Positions 23,174 to 35,103 of a DNA stretch of 39,478 bases are shown one piece after another. The translations under genes were made by a program, and so were the position numbers. A model generated the notes under the pieces. That model did not search any database. It saw only the letters and a program-made list of their open reading frames with translations, and was not told the origin of the DNA. The stretch's first letter is position 1. Each line of letters starts with the position of its first letter. This DNA comes from Oopsacas minuta (lineage: Eukaryota; Animalia; Porifera): NCBI GenBank assembly GCA_024704765.1, contig JAKMXF010000065.1, forward strand, positions 1 to 39,478. Direction: 5' to 3'.

Positions 23174-25527
23174 CTATGGACTGAGCTGTTCCGCGAGGTT
23201 TTCACTTTCTTGAATGCTGTCCCCGTTGGGCCTTGTGTGTTTTATCAGCATTTCTTTCTGGTGAACTACCCCACAATTGTAGCAATATGGTAATCTGCAA
23301 TCAACACATGCCGTTCTCTTCAACACAGAGCATCCAACACATCTGGAAGGAGTGGAGACCATACCAGGAATTTGGGAAACCGGTTGGACTAGATGGTTTA
23401 GGATTGATTCGATTGAATTGATTGAAAGCGTTGGCTGTAATATAGTTGATTGTGATATAGTTGTATGAGTTTGCCTCCTTGACGTAAAATTTCCACATAG
23501 AGAAATAATGATATTATCTTTGAACCAGGCCAAAGTATATCTTCGTTCATCAGCAGCCTTCCAACAACCTTTCATCTTTCTTGCAGTCTTGAAAAGAATC
23601 CAAGCATTGACCACTACAGAATCGAGTAGATGAAAAAATACTTTTGTGCACCCTCGCTTGGACGACAACTTGATTAGGTGATGGCCTACAAGTCTGTCAT
23701 GTCTATCAACTCCTCCCATCCGATTGTTATATGCTTTCAATATTGGTGGACTAGTAATTGGCTGTCTGTGATATTTGTATTTTTCTTCGCGGATGTTCTT
23801 TTGTTGTAGCTGAAATTCTTCTCTCGGGATGCTTGGGAGGCAATTATGAATAAAAACTACCTTTTTGTTATCAGACCGATATTTCTTGTTCATCCATACA
23901 ACTATGAAGACAGGTTCATTCGCTTGAACATGATGATTTGTACCGTTACATTTATATTTATATCGGCCTTTTGTTGGAACCACTTGAACACCCATGTGAG
24001 TGGGTGCATCTGATGTACAAGATAAGCTATATCCGCTGGCAAAGATTTCAGATTAGATGTGCCTATCATTCCTGTCTTTCTGGACCTCAAATATGCAGCA
24101 ATATCCAGATGCGAAAAGAAGCGGTCGCAATATATGACGTGACCTTTATCCAGATATGGCTCTGTTAGCTGAAGTACAACGTCACGTCCACCAACCTTTT
24201 CACCTCCCTGTCCAGGTAGATGTTTTGGGTAAGTGAATAGCCACAACAGGAGCAGCAAATTGACCATAGCTTCACACCATATTCTGTTGGTTTAGATTTT
24301 ATGTATTGCCGTAAAACGCTTCTTCCATAAAACTTTACCATCATTTCGTCAATTGACAACGATCTGGCTGGAGCTAATAATTTTTTGGAATTTGCGTTGA
24401 ATGATGACAAAAAATTCCCCATTTTCGCTTCAAACCTTTTCGCAGCAATCAAGTTGTCTTCTATTTGTTCATTATCTGTGAGATGGGGCATTTTCAAAAG
24501 TTTTTCAAATCTGTCTCTTGTTACATGCTTTTTGAAGTTTGGCAAGTCGTAGATCTCGGAGTTTGTGAAATATGAGCGAAGATTTGGAAAGGGAACAAGA
24601 GATGTCCAAAGCAATAAACCCACGAAACATTTGATTTCCTCATATGTTGGGATTGCGTAATGGTATGGCGCTCTGTTGAAATGTTTTTGTTTTCTAAATC
24701 GTTGGATTTCGTTCATTAGAGAGACAAATTCATATTTTCGGAATAATGCTTCAAATAAGTCATTAGGGTTCTCTGAATCTAATAGGTATTTACCTTCTTC
24801 AGACAGGCAATGTTCTACATGAGGTGGTTGTGGGTGTAGTGGCTCGGATGGTTCATGTATTGGCAACGGAACATTTGTAAATATGTTTTCTGGAGTTCTA
24901 ATCACTTTCAGCGCATCTTCATATGGCTCATAGAAAAATGGGAAATTTTTCACCAACTCACGTGATTCGTTATTCCAAAGCTCAATGTAGAATCGCTCAA
25001 TTGGTGAGGTCAACTTGAATAGACATCTACGGCCGTTTGGCTTTTTACTTGAGAGGTTGCTTCTTTATTTACTTCGATTGCAAATAGGTAGAGATCTGAT
25101 CTTTGCAACCCAGATTGTGAAGTAAATTGCCTATCCACGTCAAACTTTGTCCGTTCTTTCCCATTCTTTACCAGGAGTAAAATATCTTGGTGGCTCAGCT
25201 GAGATATTGTACACTGGGATACAAGCTAAGCTAGTTCTACTATCTATCTCACCAATGTATTTGACAGTGATACACTCTTTCGTTGGTTTCGACCCGTGAT
25301 ACTCCAAACACGTTGCCGTTTCGCTGATGTGGAATTTACTGAAATGCCTCTTTTTAGGAACCTTCTGCAGGAGATTCGAATTCTTGAATTTCAAGATTTG
25401 GAAACTCGAATGATAATTGAGGATCATCATCATCGTTACTATCAGAACTTTGGCTAAATTCATCATTGCTACAAATCTGCTCGTATTCAGACAAGAAATA
25501 TTCTTCGTCACTTTCAGATGAGGACAT
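23174..25527 (-). pseudogene. piggyBac-like transposase pseudogene with a long N-terminus; termini not identified
   Basis: It has an acidic start MSSSESDEEY (25527), then SIDEMMVKFYGR..YIKSKP.EYGVK, YCDRFFS and MGGVDRHD (the DDD triad), and a C-terminal Cys-rich RCVGC..ACVDC..YCYNC. Stops and frameshifts are present. Confidence 0.9.
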
Positions 25528-25885
25528 GGATTCTGTTTACAATTTAAATTGTTACTTTTTCCTGTCCTGGACATTATTTATAGTATTTCAGAAGTATTGC
25601 ATCAACCAGATTTGCTATGATGTTTATAGTGTGGCATTATTTACTTGCCACTATTGTTCTCATTGAGTGACAATCAATGAGTTTGAAATTTCGAAACCAT
25701 TGTCTAAACCACGAATACAATTGGAATAGTTACTAGATATTTTATAAATAACAACACTATTGAACAGATGATACATGACAACCTCGAAGTGTAGATGCTA
25801 TTTGATAAATAACGTAGATACTAGGTAGGATATATTGGATAATACGTATAATTTATAGAGATGAGATTGGAAAATATGGCAAATA

Positions 25886-26029
25886 TTTTGGTTAACAAAT
25901 TCTGCATTTATTTAGAAATAATTTGGTTAACAAATTCTATATTTATTTAGAAATCATTTGGTAACAAATTCCATATTTATTTAGAAATCATTTGGTTAAC
26001 AAATTCTATGTTTAGTCAGAAATATTTGG
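25886..26029. repeat. 35-bp tandem repeat, ~4 copies
   Basis: The unit atttggttaacaaattctatatttatttagaaatc starts at 25886, 25921, 25956 and 25990. There are no spacers. Confidence 0.9.
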
Positions 26030-26235
26030 CCGTACCTGACAAAGGTCAACACTATCTGTATTTGGTCAAGAATTTCTTTGAAAATAATCCTCACCTAGGC
26101 TGCTGATGTCTATTACATAATTGACACTTTATGCATCACAAAACAGTATAATAGATATGGGGAAATATTTTAACAATTACGATAACAATTGGTACTATTA
26201 GTTATCCTAAACCTCCCAAGAGGCGTGAGGTCAGG

Positions 26236-26243
26236 TATATAAG
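26236..26243 (+). promoter_or_regulatory. Putative TATA box of the orphan gene
   Basis: TATATAAG lies ~110 bp upstream of a canonical intron and 169 bp upstream of the ATG. Confidence 0.45.
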
Positions 26244-26346
26244 GAAGAAGATTTATTCAACATTTATACCATTTTACTTTGAAATATTTATTTACAATTT
26301 TTACAAGATCGTTCAGACTGCACCACCGGAACAAACTTTTTCTAAG

Positions 26347-26400
26347 GTAAGTTTATCACGACTTATCTAAGTCATATCCTTTACTCAATACTGTATTTAG
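26347..26400 (+). other. Putative 54-bp spliceosomal intron in the 5' UTR
   Basis: AAG|GTAAGT...ctaag...TATTTAG|GAAC ATG. The consensus donor and acceptor end 4 nt before the start codon. Confidence 0.6.
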
Positions 26401-26404
26401 GAAC

Positions 26405-26995
26405 ATGAGAAGATACTTCCCATGTTTATGGAGGGATCCACCCGCCCAATTCCTGATCCCAGAACCACCGGAACCGCCGGACCCGCCATTACAACAACAA
26501 CAATCCTCTCTCTCTACTTACTATCCGGTGGCTGTTAATCTCTATGAGTCTCTACCGCCCACCCAAGAATTATCCTCGCGTGTATTGTGTGAAGTTACAC
26601 CAAGCCTCTCTCCGCCTCAGCGCGTTGAATTTGACGATCTGGCTGCACAAGTATCGGAGTTGTCGCTCTAACATAGTGAGGTAACTGCTGGTTTAAAGCG
26701 TGATGTAGAGGAAATAAAGTTAGACATGGTAGTAATGAGATCTGCAATTGAAGCCCTCGGGGTGAACGAGCGTGATAAGGAGGAACTACAGGCAACTATT
26801 GCAAGACTTGAGTCAGCGGTTACCCAGCTTCGTGACGAGAATGAGCAACTGCTAGAGCAGCAAAGCAGAGATGTTACTGCACAGGTTGTACGGTCTACTG
26901 AGTCTCTACCATCATACGCATCTGCAATCAGGTCATGTACCCCGAAAGTGAGTGCCAGCCGTGGTGATCGTGATGAATCTTATCACATCATCTGA
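26405..26995 (+). pseudogene. Orphan Pro/Gln-rich plus coiled-coil protein gene with one in-frame TAA (26669-26671)
   Basis: ORFs 26405-26671 and 26726-26995 are in the same frame. The paralog has TCA at the stop position. A heptad pattern is visible (LQATIARLESAVTQLRDENEQLLEQQ). The region is GC-richer than its flanks. Confidence 0.6.
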
Positions 26996-27065
26996 GAGGC
27001 TACGTGGAGGAACCAGAGATCTAAAGAAATGGGAAGAAATGTAGGTTAAAACTTAGAAAAACAAC

Positions 27066-27557
27066 TCACCAAAACCGGGCAGGCGGTTTGCACTGACTAG
27101 TTGATCTCAAGTTCCTAGCACGAGACCATTTCGAACAAGCTGGTAAAGACTCATCAAGACCGTCACGGCTGACACCCATTTTCGGAGCATTTGATCTGAT
27201 CGGAGATACGAATGATGGTAGTGACTGAGTAGACCGTCCAACCTGTGCAGTAGCACCCCTGCTTTGCTGCTCTAGCAGTTGCTCATTCTCTTCACGAAGC
27301 TGGGTAACCGCTGACTCAAGTCTTGCAATAGTTGCCTGTAGTTCCTCCTTATCACGCTCGTTCATCCCGAGGGCTTCAATTGCAGATCTCATTACTACCA
27401 TGTCTAACTTTATTTCCTCTACATCACGCTTTATCCCAGCAGTTACCTCACCATGTGAGAGCGACAACTCCGATACTTGTGCTGCCAGATCGTCAAATGC
27501 AGCGCGCTGAGGCGGAAAGAGGCGTGGTGTAACTTCACACAATACACGCGAGGACAA
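27066..27557 (-). CDS. Inverted paralog of the orphan coiled-coil gene (start uncertain)
   Basis: This 163-aa frame is near-identical to the + copy and stays open upstream through a poly-Q tract to ~27693. A 49-bp GTGAGT...ttttaac...TTTAG intron-like segment lies at 27069-27021. Confidence 0.5.
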   Translation of the reverse strand: MSSRVLCEVTPRLFPPQRAAFDDLAAQVSELSLSHGEVTAGIKRDVEEIKLDMVVMRSAIEALGMNERDKEELQATIARLESAVTQLREENEQLLEQQSRGATAQVGRSTQSLPSFVSPIRSNAPKMGVSRDGLDESLPACSKWSRARNLRSTSQCKPPARFW

Positions 27558-28166
27558 TTCTTGGGTGGACGGTAAAGACTCATTGGGATTAGCAGTCCTG
27601 GAGGTGTAAGTAGTGGAGAGGAGAAAGAGAAGAGAAGAGAGACAATTTACACTTATTAGTTGTAGTTGTTGTTGTTGTTGTTGGATGAGTTGTTACATCA
27701 TGAGTCACTTATTTAAATGTTCGTGGGAACATATATAATGGGCCATATGGGTCACATATACTAATAGGCCACCATAAATGACACATGGTACACGCTGATA
27801 AATATTCGATAGAATATCTAATACATTGAAATACTGTATTTGAATTGCTTCTCAATTATGCTAAGTAAATAGAGTAATCTATAGAGTTGAAACCTGAGTA
27901 ATCAGTAATATACTTGATTTATCATTGCAAGTGGGAATAATTCATTACCTTTTATGGTGTAGCCAATAAATATCACAACAAGTATAATTTCATGCATATT
28001 TTTGCCTCAATGACGATTTCAAATCAATTTCTTTACGTATGTTAGGTATATTCTTCGTGTATAGGTTAGTGTAAAGAAAAAATATCTAGGTCAACTCGTG
28101 TAGCTGCAATGATAACTTGAAAATAGTAGAAATGAAAGAATCAATTATCCAATTATTATTTATCAC

Positions 28167-28454
28167 TTAATTGCAATCAATAAATCTAAAGTACAGGTGG
28201 CTTAGTAAGGTTTGGCGATAAATATGAGAGGTAATTGGATTGTTTTATGTAAAATTGATGATAGAAAATGCTACTTCAAAATCTAATGAATATCTCTCGG
28301 CAGTATTCGGTTAATCGCAATCAATAAATCTTAAGTACAGGTGGTTTAGTAAGGTATGGCGATAAATGTAAGAGGTAATTGGATAGTTTTACGTACAATT
28401 GATGATAGCAAATGTCACTTTAAAACCTACTGTATATCTCTCGGCACTATTCGA
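28167..28454. repeat. Tandem duplication of a 144-bp unit (2 copies)
   Basis: ttaattgcaatcaataaatctaaagtacaggtgg... at 28167 recurs as ttaatcgcaatcaataaatcttaagtacaggtgg... at 28311. Confidence 0.85.
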
Positions 28455-28539
28455 TTAAGTATTTTTGTGATCTAGGTAACAGTAAATTCCAAAATGTCAA
28501 AAATATGCAAGTGAAAGTGGGGATTATGTCAAATATGTT

Positions 28540-28789
28540 TTCTCTGCCCTTCTGAATAATTGTAGAGGTATGTTCGCGATATCTAAGGTTACATTTCCAT
28601 TCTGATTGAATTGGATTTTGGATGAGGTAATTTAAGGAAACACAATCAATGATGAAACAGTACATTTCTTGTCTTATTTCATCCTTGTTAAAGAGGAGCA
28701 CTGCAATAATTGTAGTATCATGTAAAGGGTGCTGATTTGCTAAGACTGACTACAGGGGCTGCTGAGGTATGAAAAGATATGAAACGCTG
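28540..28789 (+). mobile_element. 3' terminal fragment of the Buster hAT family found at 201-2534
   Basis: It aligns to 1891-1905 plus 2320-2534 and ends ...gaggtatgaaaagatatgaaacgctg|atcTAagg. Confidence 0.8.
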
Positions 28790-28933
28790 ATCTAAGGTAA
28801 GTCTAATATTTTGCTTTTTTTATCGTCCTGAAAATAATTGGCATTTGAAATTGCATATCTTTTATCTCATTAAAATCGGCAATCTGTTAGAGCAACACTA
28901 AATACTTTTCAAATACACCACGATGGTAAACTA

Positions 28934-29150
28934 CGAGGGGTGTTCAATAACCTTTGAGCCTAAGTATCAAAAAACATCAATCCATATAAAGTGTGGCATC
29001 ATCTAGAATTAGCCAAATTTATTGTGGTCTCATATGTACCTGTAAATGTTGAATATTGTTCAAGAGTCTGTCGAGAATACAACTATATTGTGTTACCGTG
29101 TTTCAGCTTCTATTTGTGAATTTAAATTCTCATTGTCTAATGACGTAATT
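28934..29150 (+). mobile_element. Mariner-like 5' terminal fragment
   Basis: TA|cgaggggtgttcaataa is related to the TIR ending at 198. No ORF follows, and the right boundary is uncertain. Confidence 0.5.
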
Positions 29151-29365
29151 TTATAAGATTTCAGTACATTTTCCGAACTATAATTACTTTATCATAAATT
29201 CTCACAGTGGATGCAATCAAAATGCCCATTTACAAGTAGTTCAATTGGTGATTCAATTATAAGTATTCACTATCACAACTTTGAAAATTAGAATCCCCAA
29301 ACTTAATAGAGAATTTGAGAGAACTCTTTTTCGAAACCCCAATAATTGACAAATTTCGGGATGTA

Positions 29366-30707
29366 CAGGGTGTCTCGAAATTATTGCGATGCTATATTAG
29401 ATCAACTATAATGAAATAAGAACAGTGTAATCTGATACAGCTTCAATTTACTATTGCAAATTTTATAAGCCAACCTTAGTAATTATTAATATGCATTATA
29501 CCCATAGATGGTTGTAGTTATTTTTGGAATTTTGAGTTTAGCTTAGAGTATTGGCGAATTATTAGCAGAAGAATGTGCGTTTGGAAAAAGTTGAAGTCCG
29601 TAACAGGGTCAATGGAATGCTACTTAGTGGAAAAACACAAAAGACCGTTGCTCTCTCTCTTGGAAAAGATGTTTCAACCATACAAAGATGGTGGTACAAA
29701 CATAAAGCACATAAAGGCCCACAACATAAGAGGGGTGCTGGATCTCCGAAAAAGTTATCCAGAGTCTCAAAAATTGTTACCGCGAAATCATTGGGAAAGA
29801 GACACAAGTCAACCAGATCTATGGCTAAGAAACTTGCAAACATGGGAAATATTGTTTCAAAGGACACTGTACACCGGTATTTGTTCAAGGATTAAAAAGT
29901 TCAACCTTATAAAAGACCAAAGCCCCCTTACTAACAGAATTTCATAAGTAAAACAGACTAAGCTTTGTTTGGATAAGGTGAATTGGACAGTGGATGATTG
30001 GAAACGTGTATTCTGGTCAGACGAATCTCCCTAAGAGTTATTTCACCCATCGAATCCACAGAACGATCGAATATGGTCAAGAGACGGTATACAAGTAACT
30101 CCCCGCCAAACTGTTAAATTTCCCGAAAATTGATGGTTTGGGGTATGGTGGGCTATCAAGCGCTTTCTACACTCCATATATTGCCTCAAAAAGAGACAAT
30201 TAATGCGAAATATTATGTAGACGAGATTCTAGAAGGGCCATGTATTCAAGCTTTGCGTAGAAGAGATGAAAATGGAGGGATCTTAGAAGGAAAATGATAC
30301 CAGACATGTCCAAAGCGATATTTATGCAGGATGAAGCTGCGGCTCATACAGCTAGAAACACTCAAGACTGGTGCAGACAGAACTTACCAAGGTTCTAGGA
30401 GAAATAGAAGTGGCTAGACAACTCTCTGGATCTCAACCCAATTGAGAATATTTGGTCCATCGTTCCAGATAAGATTGACAAGATGAAGCCTGCTGTCAAC
30501 GTTGATGATTTGGAAAAGATGCTAAACAATGCTTGGTCATCAATCGACCCTGATACTTTAGAAAGATTGTACTTAGGGATGCCAATGCGCGTTCAGAAAT
30601 GTATTGAAATGTCAGGGGAATATATTGACAAATAGAACTTTATCAAAGTGTATTAATTCTAAAGTTATTGAGTATTTACAACATCGCAATAATTTTGAGA
30701 CACCCTA
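29366..30707 (+). mobile_element. Tc1-like DD37E element, full length, 1342 bp, decayed ORF (~29573-30635)
   Basis: TIRs are cagggtgtctcgaaattattgcgatg and catcgcaataattttgagacacccta, with TA flanks. It carries VFWSDES, FMQDEAAAH and DLNPIENIW, with a 37-aa D-E spacing. Confidence 0.9.
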
Positions 30708-32099
30708 TATTTCGACATACTCAGAGGGAGATCTTTAAGATGGGATCTCTATAGTTTTAACAATCTTGAAGCACTGTATTACCCTTATTTTTATACAATT
30801 ATTAGTGCCCCATTCCCCACCCATTTCGATTTCAATCGAAAGTTCCCTAGAACCGGCTCAATTACTAACTTGTATTATTTATCCACTTATAGATACTTAG
30901 TAGACATTACTTCCTTCCACCAATTCAATGGATAAAACATTGATTTCACAAAAAGAAGCATACGATATTTATAAATCACATGGTTGGAATTGTTCTGGCG
31001 CAGCTCGTCAGATAATTGATGTTCATTCCTTGTCAGATGATCTGTTTGAAACCATTCTTCGGAAATTATGAAATCTTCGGAAATCTCATAGATCATTACC
31101 AGAAGATTTACAACTTAAATGTTTGGGAGGGTATGAAGTTATATTTAGCGACTACTTGTAAATCTGGATCACAAATGTTGATTGACACATTCGATTCTAT
31201 CCCTGAGCAGCACTCATTTATTGAAGAGAATCTAACAGAGATCAGAAAACCACTATTCAACCTCACAATGAAAGCTGCTCGAAACCATTTGAACGTTTTG
31301 CTAAAGCATATTCAGTTCGTTGCCCAAAGGGAGCAGGTTGACGGAAGAAAGTTGCTGCTTTAGCTCTGGAATTAATTTCTAATCAGGAATATGATCGAGA
31401 AATTTCCAGCATATTGAAAGAAATAATGAGAACAGGCACGTACGGAAATGTAAAGAAAGTTTCGATACCTATGTCAAGTTTTATAATAGATCTTCTCGAA
31501 ATTGGAGCATTCAAATACACACTGTTGAAGAAATTACTGAAGCAAGATATCATATTCCCATCGTATAAAGTAACTTCTCAATACCGTCAAGAATTTCTCT
31601 TTCACGCAGCGTTTCATTTGTCACTAACCCCGATGGTCACTCTATTGGTGTATCAGTTGCTTATTTCCAAATACTCGAACTAACAATCCAACGACATCTT
31701 TTAAGCTTCGATTCCATTGAAAACAACTCACAGCATCCTTTGTCAGTTCGAATTGCAGACGGTCTAGATGGATCAGGCTCACACAATTCTTACAACCAAG
31801 TGAACTCAAAACTAGGTTAGATATATACAGTATTATTCTATTCGGATTTAAAGTTCTCAGTATAACAGATAACACAGGTTTCCCATTTATACGCCAATAC
31901 TTCTTCCAATTCACCTTTTTTAATCAGAGCAGTCTGTTTAATTGCATTAAAGGAAAATCACGAAATGCTAAATTTATTATGGATACACTCATAAATCCGT
32001 CAACTAAATTAATTTTAGAACAAGGAATCACAGTTGAAAATGTTCACATAGAAGTAGAAATCATTCGATCTATATTTGATACTAAATGGCAGGTCTATT

Positions 32100-35000
32100 C
32101 AGGGTTTCATGCAGGATTTTGATTTGGGGGGGGGGGGAAGAAAAAATTGCGACTGGAAAACAGTAGTTTACGAAAGAATTGGTCTCCCGCGTACCCCTAG
32201 GGGTACAGCGTACACTAGATATTTTCAAGTGGTACACCGAGAGATTTCAAAAGTCATTTACTACCTTTTTAGAGAACCACAATCTTTTAAGTTTCTTTTA
32301 ATAGCTTGTGAAATTTGAATATTTGTTTGTTATTAACTAACTCAATGGTCCCATTCAATAATTACATAGGATTTCATTTATTTTTTTCATCAATTTTGTT
32401 TTTCTTCTTAAATTGTGAAAATTCAGGTTAATAATGCTAACACCCAAACGAACGAATATCGAATATGCGTTTCAGCTCTAAAATCAATAGTACCACCTAC
32501 CAAAATATTATTTTACCAACCTATTTCAATATTTAATATACTTAGAAGTGTACTATTGTAGTAGGGATATCAGGCGATTCATTTCTGGAAAGCGGTCGAA
32601 CAATAACCTACAAGACATGGATGAATGTACATCTGAAGAGCTTTCACAAGTAACAAATGAAAGATGTTTGCCATCCTCCTCTCAAAATCCAGAAGCTACC
32701 AGGCATGATCCAACGCCACCTCATTCGAAAAAGTATCATATATCATCTAGCGAGCAGAGAAAGCAATATAAGGCTAATCTTTCATATAAAAATGAGTGGG
32801 AAAAAATCTATCCCTGGGTAATTTGCGAAGATCCTAGAAAAGGTATGTTCTGTACCATCTGCCAGAAGTGAGGCAATCCATCTCCAGGATCAAGGGGCGC
32901 TTGGACAAGCAGGGGAGTTACTAACTGGAGTCATGCTACTGAACTATTGAGAGCACACGGAGAGTCACGGTGTCATAGGGATGCAGCAGTCACTGCTGGT
33001 AAGTCAAAGCAGGTGGAGTGCGGGAAATCAGTACTTGAGCTGCAGTGTTCTGCTGCTGCAAAAGAGGCTGCATGCAGAGCAGAGAGGAATCGCAGCATCG
33101 TGCTTAAGTTAATGAGGTCAATCTATTTCCTAGCAACAAAACAAAATTCCTCACACCACTGTTTACCCAAATTTAATTGACTTGCAAGTGCCAATGAAAA
33201 TGCATTGCTGGAAGAGCACCTCACTCATGGTGCCTCCAATGCTCAGTACACCTCAAAGTTTAGTGCAGTTATGCTTCTGGATGCTCCTGACACGTGGCTT
33301 GAAAGAAAGCAAATACAGAGTCTAAGGTCAAGCCCGTGTTTTTCTATATTAGCAGATGAGTGTCAGGATATTTCCATACAGGAAGAGCTACCAATCTGCT
33401 GCAGGTGGATTGTGGATGGCTATCCAGAAGAACACTTTGTAGATATACTCCATGTCAAGGATGTAGATGCTGTATCAATCACGCAAGCTCTCACAACTTT
33501 CATTGAGGTGAACAATCTCGACTATAGACGTTTTGTTGGGCAAGGCTACGATGGGGCAACAACTTTCTCTGGTTGTACAAATGGTGTCCAAAGAAGGATA
33601 AGGACACACTCAGGACATGCAGTCTACATACACTGTGCATGCCACAAACTTCACCTGGCATCTATTCAAGCTGCTGAGTCCATCACTGTATTCAACAAAA
33701 TGTTTGGCACAATGACCGGCCTGTGGAAACTATTCTACTATTCGCCAAAGAAAGCAGATACTCTCAAGGTCGTTCAGTCAGTTCTAAATTTACCTGAGCT
33801 GAAGGTAGTAAAGCCAAGCAGTACGAGGTGGTTGTCCCATGAGCGGTGTCTAAGTGCAATCCGTAAAGATCTTCCTGCTCTTATTATCACTCTCCAGCAG
33901 CTGTACCAGACGTCAGGAGATGCAGAAGCATATGGAATTTCTCTTATCTTGAGCTCCATATCCGGAGTAGCTAGTATTTTCTTTTATCAGAAGTACTTGA
34001 TCTCCTTGCTAGGCTTAACTGCTACATGCAGAGACAGACTACGACTTTAGTAGGCTACCTTTGATTCTTGAAAGCATTATAAAAGCGGTAGAGGAACTCA
34101 AGGAAGAAAAAGCCGACTGGTGTTCTAGAATGCTCACTCGGGTTGACCAGCTATAGATCGATCATGGAATCATGATTACAATGAATCGCTCAGCTCGTAG
34201 CTTTGTGGATAGTGCTAGTGTTGGATATTTAACTGATTATCGTGACAAGGTTGCTCTTCCTTATGTAGATGCTTGACTACACAACATCGGCAACCGATTC
34301 TCGGGTGAAGCGGTAGAGCTAGTTGCATCATCCTCTGTTTTCAATCCAGCATCTCTTCCTTCAGAAGAAGCAGCTTTACCAGATTATGGTAAAAGAGAAG
34401 TGGAAGTTCTGGCCCAATTTTATGGTTATGAAGCTATAGTTGTCCATAATGGTGTAACTTTCTCTTCTCCGCCACTTATTGACAAAGATAAAATTGCTAT
34501 TGAATGGCGCTTGTTCAAGCAAGCATTGATTCAAAAATCAAGGTTGATCAGGGAAAAAAATGAGACTACCAAGACACCAAGCCTATAGGATGTCAAAGTT
34601 CACATGGAGTCATCTGGAGCTTACACTGGAATATTTCCAGAGATATTCAAGTTACTCAATATAATTCTTGTTCTTCCAGTAGGAACAGCTTCAGTTGAGA
34701 GATCTTTCAGCCACATGAAGCAAATTAAAACAAGACTTCGAAATAGACTTAATGATGCTAATTTGGCTCATTTAATGAGGATCGCAATTGAAGGGCCAGA
34801 ACTATCCTCGGTTAACTTTGATGAAGTTCTTAATGTATTTAAACAGAAAAATCGTCGAATACAGTTGTAGTTTAGCATATAATTATTAGTGACAGCAATA
34901 TTTTAATCTCCCTATTTTTGTGATCATAATTAGTATATAGTGACGTATCACACATGGCATCTTTGTTGTAATGTCACACGTTCAATATTATTGTTTAATA

Positions 35001-35103
35001 CACGACAAACAATACTAACCTATTCAAATTCAAGATTTCTGGGAGGGATAATTGTGCCTGGGTGAGGAAGGTTCCAGGGCCACCGCCTCTGTATGAAACC
35101 CTG
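32100..35103 (+). mobile_element. Full-length hAT element (TTF-finger type) with a 5-bp TSD
   Basis: TIRs are cagggtttcatgcag and (reverse complement) cagggtttcatacag. It is flanked by CTATT (32095-32099) and CTATT (35104-35108). Confidence 0.9.
32563..34870 (+). pseudogene. hAT transposase pseudogene
   Basis: Motifs: YPWV..GMFCTICQK (TTF finger), SILADECQD, GQGYDGA, IHCACHKLHLA, STRWLS, TASVERSFS, RLRNRLND. Several stops and frameshifts are present. Confidence 0.9.

Noticed and set aside
25886-26029. 35-bp repeats as a CRISPR array
   Set aside because: The units are head-to-tail with no unique spacers, there are no cas genes, and the context is eukaryotic.
23043-26095. Candidate piggyBac termini (ttaa-tgaggtgag and ctcacctagg)
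   Set aside because: The match is only partial, there is no TTAA on the right, and there is no CC..GG terminal signature.
28274-28291. 18-bp match cttcaaaatctaatgaat to the mariner start near 39381
   Set aside because: It is short and AT-rich, and the flanks do not align, so it is probably chance.
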